A DNA stretch of 64,000 nt from a virus (IMGVR_UViG_3300042542_006078), one strand, 5' to 3'; shown: positions 29,199 to 38,465, numbered from the stretch's first letter. The notes: a model not told the origin generated them from the sequence alone. Made by a program: numbers and translations.

Positions 29199-29795
29199 GT
29201 GACTGTGTTTGCACATCGGAAAGTGCTTGTTCTCAATAAATCTTGGAGAGCCATTGGCATTATCACTCTTGAAAAGGCCATGGCAAAGATATTTTCTACT
29301 TATGATGATGGAACACCAAAGGCGAAAATTATTGATCCTAGCAATAATTTCATGCTTTTTGAGTGGGAAGAATGGTCGATGATAAGACCATCTGAAGGCG
29401 AGTTGAAAATAAGGACAATTAACAACTCTTTTAGAGTTCCAGAGGTTATTCAGTATACCAAATACGATAAAATGCCTTCTACCAAGGCGCACTTCAATAG
29501 AAAGAGTTTGTATCGAAGAGACAGAAGTACATGTCAATATTGCGGCGAGAAAAAAATAGCCGAGCAGCTTTCATTGGATCATGTTTTGCCAAGATGTCAG
29601 GGAGGCATGACTAATTGGGAAAACATTGTTGTTGCTTGCAAGGATTGCAATTCAAAGAAGGCTGGAAGAACTCCCAAGCAAGCTGGCATGAAATTATTGA
29701 AAGAACCCAAAAGGCCATTGTCAAGTTTGTATCTTGATGAATTGCATATTGAATCATGGTCGCATTTCTTGAATTTTGATGACATTATTTCTTGA
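29199..29795 (+). CDS. HNH endonuclease (McrA-like)
   Basis: RDRSTCQYCG…SLDHVLPRCQGG…WENIVVACKDCNSKK; SD aggagg, GTG start. Confidence 0.92.
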   Translation: MTVFAHRKVLVLNKSWRAIGIITLEKAMAKIFSTYDDGTPKAKIIDPSNNFMLFEWEEWSMIRPSEGELKIRTINNSFRVPEVIQYTKYDKMPSTKAHFNRKSLYRRDRSTCQYCGEKKIAEQLSLDHVLPRCQGGMTNWENIVVACKDCNSKKAGRTPKQAGMKLLKEPKRPLSSLYLDELHIESWSHFLNFDDIIS

Positions 29796-29820
29796 TTTGA
29801 TTTGCCGATCATGCTAAAAT
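29792..29820 (+). promoter_or_regulatory. sigma70-type promoter
   Basis: TTGATT-17-TAAAAT with extended TG; followed by the CCGTCT-N5-AGACGG hairpin. Confidence 0.55.
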
Positions 29821-29869
29821 CAAGTTGATAAACCGTCTTTTTCAGACGGCGCAACAGTAAAAAAGAGAT

Positions 29870-30085
29870 TTGTCTATGTGGTTAAAACTTTCTACAAGCT
29901 GGCTCAACATGAGCAATATTGTTCGTGTTGAGTTTATTGAGGAAAAGACGAGCCGTTTAGCAACTGTTATTTCAGTAAAACCGGGTGGATCAGATAAGAC
30001 TGTTTACGGTTCTGATGATGCTTTGCTAATCGAAAAATATTTGACTTCTACTCAAAGTCAAAAAAGTAAAAAAAGCTCTTCATGA
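29870..30085 (+). CDS. hypothetical protein
   Basis: 71 aa; WLNMSNIVRVE pattern. Confidence 0.6.
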   Translation: MSMWLKLSTSWLNMSNIVRVEFIEEKTSRLATVISVKPGGSDKTVYGSDDALLIEKYLTSTQSQKSKKSSS

Positions 30086-30092
30086 GGCTGAT

Positions 30093-31175
30093 ATGATACC
30101 AACAATATTCACTCTACTTGCTTCTGCTGTAGGATTTTGGGCTTTTTGCAAATACATCTTACTTGTTGAGATCAGAGTGGACTCTGATATCTACAAGACT
30201 TTGTTTGACCATTTTAGGAATTCAAATAAATTTACCTTGAACGAAGAGTTTACATCGGAATCGAGACATCCAGTCCTTTACATAGCATTCGTTTTTTCTG
30301 ATAAGACTCCTTGGTTTTTACTTTCACATAGTGAAAGATTGTTACAGGCTGGTTGGCACGGTAAAGATCATGTCACCATGATTTTTTGTTTGCGTTGGAA
30401 TTATAAGGCAATAAAGCAATTTCTTTCTCACGAATTAAAGGAATCAAGCCTTAAAACATTAGGAATTCCAGTCCGCATTTTGCTTCCTTATAGTGTTGAT
30501 AAAATTGGTTCAATTAAGCAGAAAGCTCCAGAGCCAATAATGAATCGTTCTTTATGGGGTGATATTGATGATGATATTTATGAGATGTTACAAGGTAAAA
30601 GGTTAAAGACAGGTGCTATTTTGTATGGTCTGCCGGGAAATGGCAAAAGTAGTTTAGTTAAATATATTTCAACCAAATATAACTTGCCAATCATGATTTT
30701 CACTCTAAATCCAGAGTGGAGTAATCACGATTTATTGATTATGTTTTCAAACATTCCCAAAAAATGCATTGTTTTAATGGAAGATTTTGACAATTATTTT
30801 GACAAGAGACAATGCATTATGGGCTCATCTGATAAGGTTGGAGTTAAATTTACCTTTGATATTTTCTTGAATGGTCTTGATGGTGTTTACAACACATATG
30901 AGAATGTCGTTTTTATCATGACTGCAAACGACATTGAAAAGATAGATGATGCCATCAAGCAAAGGCCTAGTAGGTTCAAGTTTCTAAAGCATTTCCATAA
31001 TCCAGATATGGAAACAAGATTGAAACTTCTTCCTCAAGATTGGGCAAAATCAACAGATGGCCTTAATCTTGATCAGATTTTCAAGATATCTGAATTGCAT
31101 CGAAATGGATGCGAATTTGAATTGGCCTTACAGAAAATTGATCGTCGCCAACAGATTCAGCCTACTGTTGGCTGA
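30093..31175 (+). CDS. membrane-anchored AAA+ ATPase, BCS1-like
   Basis: N-terminal TM; ILYGLPGNGKSS, VLMEDFD, FLNGLDG, MTAND…DDAIKQRPSRF. Confidence 0.85.
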   Translation: MIPTIFTLLASAVGFWAFCKYILLVEIRVDSDIYKTLFDHFRNSNKFTLNEEFTSESRHPVLYIAFVFSDKTPWFLLSHSERLLQAGWHGKDHVTMIFCLRWNYKAIKQFLSHELKESSLKTLGIPVRILLPYSVDKIGSIKQKAPEPIMNRSLWGDIDDDIYEMLQGKRLKTGAILYGLPGNGKSSLVKYISTKYNLPIMIFTLNPEWSNHDLLIMFSNIPKKCIVLMEDFDNYFDKRQCIMGSSDKVGVKFTFDIFLNGLDGVYNTYENVVFIMTANDIEKIDDAIKQRPSRFKFLKHFHNPDMETRLKLLPQDWAKSTDGLNLDQIFKISELHRNGCEFELALQKIDRRQQIQPTVG

Positions 31176-31797
31176 TCGTCCACATAAATTTATTATTGCT
31201 AAATGTGGTGACTCGTCCCAAGGTGTCTGCAACAGCTTGTTTTATTGGTGGATGAAACCAGTCATCTCCAACAAGTATTCCTCCTTGTTTGACTAGTTTT
31301 GAGTAGTTCGTAAGATCATTTTTAACCGAATCGTATTCATGACCAGCATCGATGTATATAAAATCTGCTTGAATGCCATATTTTTTCAAAACTAAAGCTC
31401 CATTTATTGAATCAATTGGAAATGGAGTGATATATTCTGTTGTTTCAGTGTGGATTACATTTGAAATAAACTGATCGTAAATTGTTGGCTTTCCATTTTT
31501 GAATTTGGAAATGGGTAATTTTTCATCTTCGTGAGTCCAATGTTCGACAGAGCCGAGCCAAGTATCAATGCAAAGAATTTCTGTATTAAGACCTAATCTT
31601 TTACATATTTTTGCCATGTTGATGGCCGATCTTCCTTTCCATGATCCAACCTCAATAATTCTTTGAGGTTTGAAATTTTGGATTACAAAATCAAAGATTG
31701 GAGAATCGCTTGCCCAGCCCTGCAAGTCAATTTCTAAAGGTTGAAAATCTGCATATATGTCGTGATTTCCATAAATTATTTTCCTCATTTCTTTCAT
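31162..31797 (-). CDS. class I SAM-dependent methyltransferase (Methyltransf_24)
   Basis: IEVGSWKGRSA, CIDTW, FIYIDAGHEYDSV, GGILVGDD. Confidence 0.88.
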   Translation of the reverse strand: MKEMRKIIYGNHDIYADFQPLEIDLQGWASDSPIFDFVIQNFKPQRIIEVGSWKGRSAINMAKICKRLGLNTEILCIDTWLGSVEHWTHEDEKLPISKFKNGKPTIYDQFISNVIHTETTEYITPFPIDSINGALVLKKYGIQADFIYIDAGHEYDSVKNDLTNYSKLVKQGGILVGDDWFHPPIKQAVADTLGRVTTFSNNKFMWTISQQ

Positions 31798-31818
31798 GAA
31801 AAATTTCTCCCTCTAAAT

Positions 31819-33108
31819 CTAAATTAGAGTAAAGTCAACAAATTCAATCTCCATGAATTCTCTAGGGAATTTAATTCCACTTGCATATTCTGAATTACTA
31901 CTGCTATTCCATTTTTCCTTAATCCTTTTAAGGATAACGGGATTGTGTGCGAAAAATAGTTCTACCTCCCTTGTCATGATTTTTTCATTTTGAATAGTAA
32001 GACCAGCAGCCTTGAAAAGCCTATGATAAGCTGTTAATGGGTCGAGAAGTCGGTTTGTTAAAGTAGGTTTGATTCCCATTCCAAAAAGCTCATCTTCGCT
32101 GAATATCAAATGAAGAAAAGCTTTGTTGACTTGAAGATGTGTGTGGCATCCATGTCTGCTTGTCCAAGGATGGCATCTTATAAAAATCTTTCCTGTTGGG
32201 TTTTTTACGGAAATTATTTTCTGGAATGATTTTTCAAATTCTTGTGCATGATCGATAATATCGTGAATGATAATCGCATCATATGGCCCTTCTTTCTCGA
32301 TATCGCTCCATTTGTCTGAATAGATGAGTGATTTATCTTGGCAATATTTGCTCCAGTTATCACTTTTTTCAATGTCATATGACACAAATTTTTTGGTGTT
32401 GAATAAAGTTTTAGCAACATAGCCGACATGTCCTTCTTTGCATCCAAATTGAAGAACATTTTTTTCTAATAGATCAACTTTGACCAAAGTACTTAGAATT
32501 GCCGCTGCCTGATGCAGTTTTTCTTCTTCGTTGTCATGAACGATGTCTCCTTCTTCCATTGCTTCTGGCCAATGATCGCTTTTCATAAGGAACCGTAAAT
32601 CTGTGAATTCTTTGAGTGAGTCATTGCTTGTAATTGTGACTTCATTCACTAAGTTTTCCTGATCAAGGAATTTCTGCATGAATGCTTTGAGAGAGTCCAA
32701 TGTTTGGATGAAGTGTTGAACATCTTTTATTTCACTTTCTGTGTAGTTTTTGTGTTGTTGGTTTACTTTTCTAGGTGCCATTTTCTTTTGAATTTGAGTT
32801 TGGTCTGGAAACATGAAGTTGGGGAATGGTGGTTGCATGGGAGGCATCCCTTGCATTTGTGGAGGATAAGGAGGCATTCCATGCATTTGTGGAGGATAAG
32901 GAGGCATCCCTTGCATTTGTGGATGGAATGGAATTGGGAGGTTTTGAGGCGAGGCGGGTTGCCTTGATGCTAAATTTACCTTATCAGGAGAAGTTGCATT
33001 TTTTTGTGCTTCTTCTTTTTTTATCTTTTCCAATTCCTGCTTCATAAGTTCGTGTCTTTTCCTGAACTCACGGAATTCTTTGCCTACTTCTTCATTATTT
33101 TCGCTCAT
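31819..33108 (-). CDS. methyltransferase-domain protein with Pro/Gln/Met-rich N-terminal repeat
   Basis: VLQFGCKEG, VSYDI, YDAIIIHDIIDH; ATG 33108 preferred over 33150. Confidence 0.65.
   Translation of the reverse strand: MSENNEEVGKEFREFRKRHELMKQELEKIKKEEAQKNATSPDKVNLASRQPASPQNLPIPFHPQMQGMPPYPPQMHGMPPYPPQMQGMPPMQPPFPNFMFPDQTQIQKKMAPRKVNQQHKNYTESEIKDVQHFIQTLDSLKAFMQKFLDQENLVNEVTITSNDSLKEFTDLRFLMKSDHWPEAMEEGDIVHDNEEEKLHQAAAILSTLVKVDLLEKNVLQFGCKEGHVGYVAKTLFNTKKFVSYDIEKSDNWSKYCQDKSLIYSDKWSDIEKEGPYDAIIIHDIIDHAQEFEKSFQKIISVKNPTGKIFIRCHPWTSRHGCHTHLQVNKAFLHLIFSEDELFGMGIKPTLTNRLLDPLTAYHRLFKAAGLTIQNEKIMTREVELFFAHNPVILKRIKEKWNSSSNSEYASGIKFPREFMEIEFVDFTLI
32840..32923. repeat. 30-bp tandem repeat (~2.8 copies) encoding MQ/HGMPPYPPQ
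   Basis: ggaggcat(c/t)cc(t/a)tgcatttgtggaggataa repeated. Confidence 0.9.
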
Positions 33109-33143
33109 GGTGAACTCTTTTATGGTTAGAAATTCGTCACTAA

Positions 33144-33431
33144 ATGACAAAGTATATATCCATGAAAAAATTACAAGTTTTGTCTGATTATAGCGAAGAG
33201 TTTAAGCGTGAGATAAAATATCTTTCTGTTGATGGTGAGATTTTTGATTGGGGTATGGATTTGGATTCTTTGGCTGAGGCCAAAAAAGTGATTTCTCAGC
33301 ATAGGGATTTGGCAGAATCTGTTTCTATGTCAATTATCAATCACTTTCTTGAAAGTTTTTCAGATTTTATTGGTCAGCAAATATCACTCAGAAAATTACT
33401 CGATTCAATCGAGAAGGGGTTTATTGAATGA
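33144..33431 (+). CDS. hypothetical protein
   Basis: 95 aa; ATGA-coupled to the SET gene. Confidence 0.6.
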   Translation: MTKYISMKKLQVLSDYSEEFKREIKYLSVDGEIFDWGMDLDSLAEAKKVISQHRDLAESVSMSIINHFLESFSDFIGQQISLRKLLDSIEKGFIE

Positions 33432-33961
33432 TTCTTTTTGAAGAAAATGATGATAGGTTTTATATAAAAGAATCTACATTGCAAAATGCTGGTAAGGGTG
33501 TTTTTGCATCTCGTGATATTTCTAAAGACGAATATTTGCCCATTTCTGGAGTTATGGTCAAAAGAGACTCGGATGCAGATCAATGCACATATTTTTTCAA
33601 TTCCTATAAATTTGCAGCTAATGTCAAGAGATGTGGCGATATAGTTGATATAGGAGAAAATGTCATAGTTCCTCTTGGCTTTGCAGCCATAGTCAACCAC
33701 ATCAATGATCAGAGGCAATCTGTTGAAATCAGATATGTTGGCGATCAGTTTCCACAAAAGTCTTCTCATTCTGGAAAAGCTGTTTATTGGTTTATCAGAG
33801 ATGTGAAAAAAGACGAGGAAATTTTTGGCAACTATGGCAAAGGATGGAACGATGTCCTCAATTGGGCCAACGATGTCAGATCAACTAATCAAATAGAAAA
33901 GCAAGATTGGGAAAAGTTTATTTTGATTGATCTTTATGGACTCAAAGAATTGGTTCAATAA
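33428..33961 (+). CDS. SET domain protein-lysine methyltransferase
   Basis: IKESTLQNAGKGVFASRDI, FAAIVNH, FIRDVKKDEEIFGNYG. Confidence 0.85.
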   Translation: MILFEENDDRFYIKESTLQNAGKGVFASRDISKDEYLPISGVMVKRDSDADQCTYFFNSYKFAANVKRCGDIVDIGENVIVPLGFAAIVNHINDQRQSVEIRYVGDQFPQKSSHSGKAVYWFIRDVKKDEEIFGNYGKGWNDVLNWANDVRSTNQIEKQDWEKFILIDLYGLKELVQ

Positions 33962-33976
33962 TTATTTGGAGAGAAA

Positions 33977-34510
33977 TTGGAAAAATTTGATTTTAGTAGG
34001 CGCAAGATTGTCGGCTTGGTTTTTGATTTATCAATCAGGCATGATAAGAATGGGCAGAGAATAATTGATTTGGTCAAAGAATCATTGAAAAAAAGAGTCG
34101 TCGATAATGACGAAGACTTGTTTTTCTTTGTGTCCAATTTATCGAATAAGATGCCAAAAGGTGTCGGAGAGACCATTCAACAGATTGACTCATATGATGA
34201 TCCAATAGATTTTAATTATGGACAATCAGTAAAGTACATCATTAATTGCTTTGATGATTCAGTTGAAGATGTGGACAAGATTTTTCTTGCTATTACAGAT
34301 AGATTTGATAAAAAATATAAAGGTCATTATAAATCTGTTTTTGATATAAGTAATTCAAAAAACATGGAAATTAAGGTGATTTATTTGGGAGTTGGCAATC
34401 ATTATGATAAAGATGTTTTAGAAAAAGAAATTTCCAATCGAGGTGGCTATTTTGCTCATGTTGATGATTTGAAAAATTTAATTGATATTCTTAAAAAAGC
34501 AGGGGTGTAA
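33977..34510 (+). CDS. vWA-like alpha/beta domain protein
   Basis: VGLVFDLS, IFLAITD, VIYLGVG…DKDVLEK. Confidence 0.5.
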   Translation: MEKFDFSRRKIVGLVFDLSIRHDKNGQRIIDLVKESLKKRVVDNDEDLFFFVSNLSNKMPKGVGETIQQIDSYDDPIDFNYGQSVKYIINCFDDSVEDVDKIFLAITDRFDKKYKGHYKSVFDISNSKNMEIKVIYLGVGNHYDKDVLEKEISNRGGYFAHVDDLKNLIDILKKAGV

Positions 34511-34512
34511 AG

Positions 34513-35286
34513 ATGACAGATAAAGTGTTTGTTGCAAAAACGATAGAGTCGAAACCTTTTTATATGTCTCCTGTTGAAATTATCATTCCTTTTCATAATG
34601 AGCAGGCCAAAGTAATATCTTTGATTAATGATATTTTTATAACTGTGCAAAAAAATCGCTATCTGATAACATTAGTTGATGATGGTTCTGGAAATAAAGA
34701 TTTCACTAAGGAATTAGAAAAAAAGAAAATACCCGGATTACGATTCTTGAATCATGATGATTGCAAAGGATTTGGTGCTTCTGTAAATACTGCTCTCAAA
34801 AATCCATTCAGCAATCAAATTCCATTTGTTGCCATATTGCACTCTGATGTGCGTATTCGTGATCAAAACTGGCTTTTCAATCTGGGTCAAACCTTGTCTT
34901 CTCTTAAGCAAACAGGCGTTAAAATGATCTCTTCTTTAACCGACAATCCAGTTGTCGAAAATGAGTTTTTGAAAGCAAGTCATGGAGAGAAGAAAAAAGA
35001 TCATGTTTTAACAGATGGCTTTTTACCAATGTACTGTGTTTTATCACATAGAGATTTATTTAACAGGGTTGGTTTTTTGAAAGAATATCCATATGCGGGT
35101 GGAGAGGTAGAAGATTTCGCACAAAGAATGAAAAAAATGGGATTTAAGCAGGGAGTTTGCGGAAGCAGTTGGGTACAGCATGAAGGAAGAGGAACCCTAT
35201 CACAGTTTGCAAAAAATAAAAAAGTTCAAGAAATATTGCGAAATGTCGAGAATGAAAGAAACAAAGAGTATAAAAATGGTAGTTGA
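34513..35286 (+). CDS. glycosyltransferase family 2
   Basis: VEIIIPFHN, ITLVDDGS, GFGASVN, ILHSDV, GGEVEDF. Confidence 0.8.
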   Translation: MTDKVFVAKTIESKPFYMSPVEIIIPFHNEQAKVISLINDIFITVQKNRYLITLVDDGSGNKDFTKELEKKKIPGLRFLNHDDCKGFGASVNTALKNPFSNQIPFVAILHSDVRIRDQNWLFNLGQTLSSLKQTGVKMISSLTDNPVVENEFLKASHGEKKKDHVLTDGFLPMYCVLSHRDLFNRVGFLKEYPYAGGEVEDFAQRMKKMGFKQGVCGSSWVQHEGRGTLSQFAKNKKVQEILRNVENERNKEYKNGS

Positions 35287-35325
35287 ATAGTGTATATACT
35301 ATGATCAGATTCATAGGAGGTCATA

Positions 35326-35481
35326 ATGCGTTGCAAAAAAAATGACGGCACTTTCACAACCACTACTTGGAAATTTTACACAGCAGCTTGCTCAAAAGTT
35401 CAACAGTCTCTTGGAATTTGCTCTGGTGTATCAGGTGCGTGGGTTCCCGCTGTGACTGTTTGCAATCTTCGTCTTTTCTGA
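35326..35481 (+). CDS. 51-aa Cys-rich peptide (not in the ORF track)
   Basis: SD aggagg; MRCKKNDGTFTTTTWKFYTAACSKVQQSLGICSGVSGAWVPAVTVCNLRLF; own terminator downstream. Confidence 0.65.
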   Translation: MRCKKNDGTFTTTTWKFYTAACSKVQQSLGICSGVSGAWVPAVTVCNLRLF

Positions 35482-35506
35482 TTTCTATTTTCCAATTATT
35501 TCCATG

Positions 35507-35539
35507 AATCATGGCTGGGTAACCAGCCATGATTTTTTT
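35507..35539 (+). terminator. intrinsic terminator
   Basis: 12-bp stem aatcatggctgg/ccagccatgatt, GTAA loop, T run. Confidence 0.9.
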
Positions 35540-35598
35540 GTTGACTTGATATTTGAATATTTGTAATATAAATCCTCTATGTCCAAGAGGGTTTTTTG

Positions 35599-36246
35599 AT
35601 GCTTTCTTTTGTTCTGGCTTGTTTTTCTTATTTCAACAATAATTTTTTTGAAAATCATCTTGTTATTCCTGAATTACAAATTGATCTGACCAAAAAATTC
35701 GCAATGCGTTTTGATGGGATTACAAATCAGCTTGTCGTTGGAAGCGGCATCTTGCATGTAAAAAATAAATATGATTTTTCAAATCATGTATTGCACGAAA
35801 TGATTCATATTGACAACCATATAAATCACATTGAAGATGTGAACAACAACCAATATCACACCATGAAGTTTGCAAGCCATGCATTAAGAATTGGACTTGG
35901 TGTCCAGAAAGATAAAAATCAAGGATGGTCACTTACCAAAATAATCGCACAAGGTAAGATGAGGAAAGATTTCAAAATAAATCATGAAGCCAATCGCAGA
36001 ATGAATGATTTAGTTGAGAATTTAGACTTTGATGAAAAAAATTATTTGAATTGTTTGGAATTGCTGATTGAACAGGCAAAGCTTTTGAAGCCAAGCAAAT
36101 TATTTTTTCTTAAATATGAATGTTCATGTCCGCCACCACACAACTCAATCAGGTCTGGCAGAAGACCTGATGGCAATAATCCAATTGATATAATTTGCGA
36201 TCATTGTAAATATAAGTTTATTTGTGTTTCTCCTTTAGATGACTGA
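35599..36246 (+). CDS. SprT-like zinc metalloprotease with C-terminal Cys cluster
   Basis: VLHEMIH, YH..KF, C-terminal KYECSC…ICDHC; promoter-like TTGACT-17-TAATAT at 35541-35569. Confidence 0.7.
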   Translation: MLSFVLACFSYFNNNFFENHLVIPELQIDLTKKFAMRFDGITNQLVVGSGILHVKNKYDFSNHVLHEMIHIDNHINHIEDVNNNQYHTMKFASHALRIGLGVQKDKNQGWSLTKIIAQGKMRKDFKINHEANRRMNDLVENLDFDEKNYLNCLELLIEQAKLLKPSKLFFLKYECSCPPPHNSIRSGRRPDGNNPIDIICDHCKYKFICVSPLDD

Positions 36247-36625
36247 CATGCGGCATTTCAAACTCAGCATCTGGATCAATTCTTTTGATGACTTTTTGAA
36301 AGACTAGGTAAAGTATTGTCGTGATAATCGTGAACTCAAGGAATGAGTTCAAAAGATTGCCTACTTCTATGTCCATTCCTTCTATTGGCGTAAAGACAAG
36401 GTGCCTCCAGTTGCCACTTGTTTTGGATAGAAGGAAATTAATTATTGGCATGAGGAATGATTCGGTTATAGAAGAAGCAAATTTCTGTGTTTGAGTCGCC
36501 AAAACAAGGGCCAATGCCATGACAAAGAAGTTTTTCTTGTAAGCGAAATTCTTGTATTCGTTGAATTCTTGCTTCAGTTTGTCTTGACTGATGAAATTTT
36601 TTTCAGTCGAAGAATTTTCCTGCAT
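36218..36625 (-). CDS. mscL: MscL-like large-conductance mechanosensitive channel
   Basis: EFNEYKNFAYKKN amphipathic helix; TM1 aligns to E. coli MscL with K31, S34-S35, M42-P43 conserved; TM2 VGNLLNSFLEFTII. Confidence 0.78.
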   Translation of the reverse strand: MQENSSTEKNFISQDKLKQEFNEYKNFAYKKNFFVMALALVLATQTQKFASSITESFLMPIINFLLSKTSGNWRHLVFTPIEGMDIEVGNLLNSFLEFTIITTILYLVFQKVIKRIDPDAEFEMPHVSHLKEKHK

Positions 36626-36803
36626 TACTTAAACTCCATTTTACTTCCAAACAAAAACCGTGTATGGTCGCTATTGCCATCATCGTGTGATGGCGCTGTT
36701 CATAGATCATTATACCTGATCCGTGACTCATGGGCAATTCTTGTAAATCTGTCGTGATTCAACAGGACAGAATGGAACCGCTATTTTTAGCCGGGGAGGC
36801 ACG

Positions 36804-38069
36804 ATGTCTACCAATATGATCAATTCAAGAAGCTCGTCAAAGGATGATGGGCTAAAGATGATGCAAATGCCGAATGGCACTAAGCATCTGACTGGGAATC
36901 TCTACATGATTCCATTTGCCAGCATTCGTTCTCCGCAAAACAATCCTCGTCTCTTGACTGAACAGGGCAGGAATGACCTTCTTGATAGGGAGCTTTCGAG
37001 TCAGCTTCGTGATTCGATTCGTCGTAACACCTTGCTTAATCCGCTTGTTTGTCGATGGGTTATCGAGGATGGCAAAGCCATCCCAACAATAGTAGGTGGT
37101 GATCGTCGTCATCGGGCCTTGGATGTTCTTATTAGGCAGAAGGTTGAGGTCGTTGACCCTCGCAGCCCTCGACATAGCGATAACGGGCATTTTGTCAATT
37201 CTTCGGTAACAACAGCCGATCTTGCTTACGAATTTGTGCCATGCCAAGTTTTTATTTGTAACGATGACATTGATGCACTCACTTTAGCATGGGCAGAAAA
37301 TAAGAACAGGATTAACTTAACTGATGGCCATGAGATAGCCCAAGTTATCCAGCTTCGTGAGAATGGGGCTACAGATTCTCAGATAGTTGATATTCTCCAG
37401 CGCAACCAAAAATGGCTTGCCGATACTGACAGGTTGATTGCTTCTCTTGATTCTCACACCTTGACCGACTTGCTTGAAGGCCGTCTGGAAAGGACCGCTG
37501 CTGTTGAATTGGCCGCAATTGAAGATCTTGCTGTTCGTGACAGCGTAAGGCTTGAGGCAAACGAACAGGCAGTAGCATCTTGGTCGAAGAAGATTAATCG
37601 TTTGAGGAACAAGGTTGATGCTGCCAATGCCAATATTGAGAGAGCAGAAGGCAGAATGGTGCTTGCCATGGACGATGAGGAAGTCGAAGAGGCAAGGGAG
37701 GAGCTTGCAGTAGCACAGGCAAATTCCCGTGATGCTCGAAGAGAAATGTCTGAGAACGAAAATCCAGTTACAACAACTGGTAATATTAGGACTGCATCAA
37801 GATCACAAACAGGATCAGTTCCAACTACTGGAAACAAGCGTGGACCAAAGGGCGGTTCAAGGAAGATGAGGGAATCTAAGATTCAGGAGGGTCTTGAGTT
37901 CTTCGTGAATCTGGTGAAATCTAAAGGTCTTCCTCCTGATGCCTCTTTCACAGCAGATGTAAACGCCATTAAACTTGTGGCCAACATTTTCCGTGATAAT
38001 ATTATCGGCAACAATCCTGATTGGATGGGAACCCTGAGACGGTTCTACTCAGATCGTGATTCAAAATGA
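36804..38069 (+). CDS. ParB/Srx N-terminal domain protein with long coiled-coil tail
   Basis: NNPR, LRDSIRRNTLLNPL, IVGGDRRHRAL, AWAENKNRINL; SD ggggagg. Confidence 0.8.
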   Translation: MSTNMINSRSSSKDDGLKMMQMPNGTKHLTGNLYMIPFASIRSPQNNPRLLTEQGRNDLLDRELSSQLRDSIRRNTLLNPLVCRWVIEDGKAIPTIVGGDRRHRALDVLIRQKVEVVDPRSPRHSDNGHFVNSSVTTADLAYEFVPCQVFICNDDIDALTLAWAENKNRINLTDGHEIAQVIQLRENGATDSQIVDILQRNQKWLADTDRLIASLDSHTLTDLLEGRLERTAAVELAAIEDLAVRDSVRLEANEQAVASWSKKINRLRNKVDAANANIERAEGRMVLAMDDEEVEEAREELAVAQANSRDARREMSENENPVTTTGNIRTASRSQTGSVPTTGNKRGPKGGSRKMRESKIQEGLEFFVNLVKSKGLPPDASFTADVNAIKLVANIFRDNIIGNNPDWMGTLRRFYSDRDSK

Positions 38070-38085
38070 TAAATTGAATTGTTTG

Positions 38086-38124
38086 AATAAATGCAAACAG
38101 GCCAAAAACCTGTTTGCATTTATT
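38086..38124 (+). terminator. intrinsic terminator
   Basis: 16-bp stem aataaatgcaaacagg/cctgtttgcatttatt. Confidence 0.85.
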
Positions 38125-38150
38125 TTTGATAAATGATTTGAATATATATT

Positions 38151-38462
38151 TTGATGATTAAATCTTGCCCATTTTGTGGTCACAGTTTGCAAAAAGAATT
38201 GCAAGATGGTTTGACATCTTGCTGCAATTGTGAACAGGTATTCGATACGAGCGAATTAAACAAACTATTGTCTGCTTCTTGGTTGGTTCGCAAGAACCAT
38301 TATAATCGAGAGCAACTTAAATGGCACACCAAATTGGATGACGAACTAATCACTTTGGTTATGACATTTGTTTCAGAAAATAGTTATTCACATCAGGAAT
38401 TTGTTCAATTCCTGAAAAGATTAGGTCGATTTGCCATTCATCAAAAATCAGCCAATCGATGA
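38151..38462 (+). CDS. zinc-ribbon protein
   Basis: CPFCG…CCNC. Confidence 0.6.
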   Translation: MMIKSCPFCGHSLQKELQDGLTSCCNCEQVFDTSELNKLLSASWLVRKNHYNREQLKWHTKLDDELITLVMTFVSENSYSHQEFVQFLKRLGRFAIHQKSANR

Positions 38463-38465
38463 TTT

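Noticed and set aside
36626-38150. Canonical parS site near the ParB-like gene
   Set aside because: No TGTTTCACGTGAAACA-like palindrome found in the flanks.
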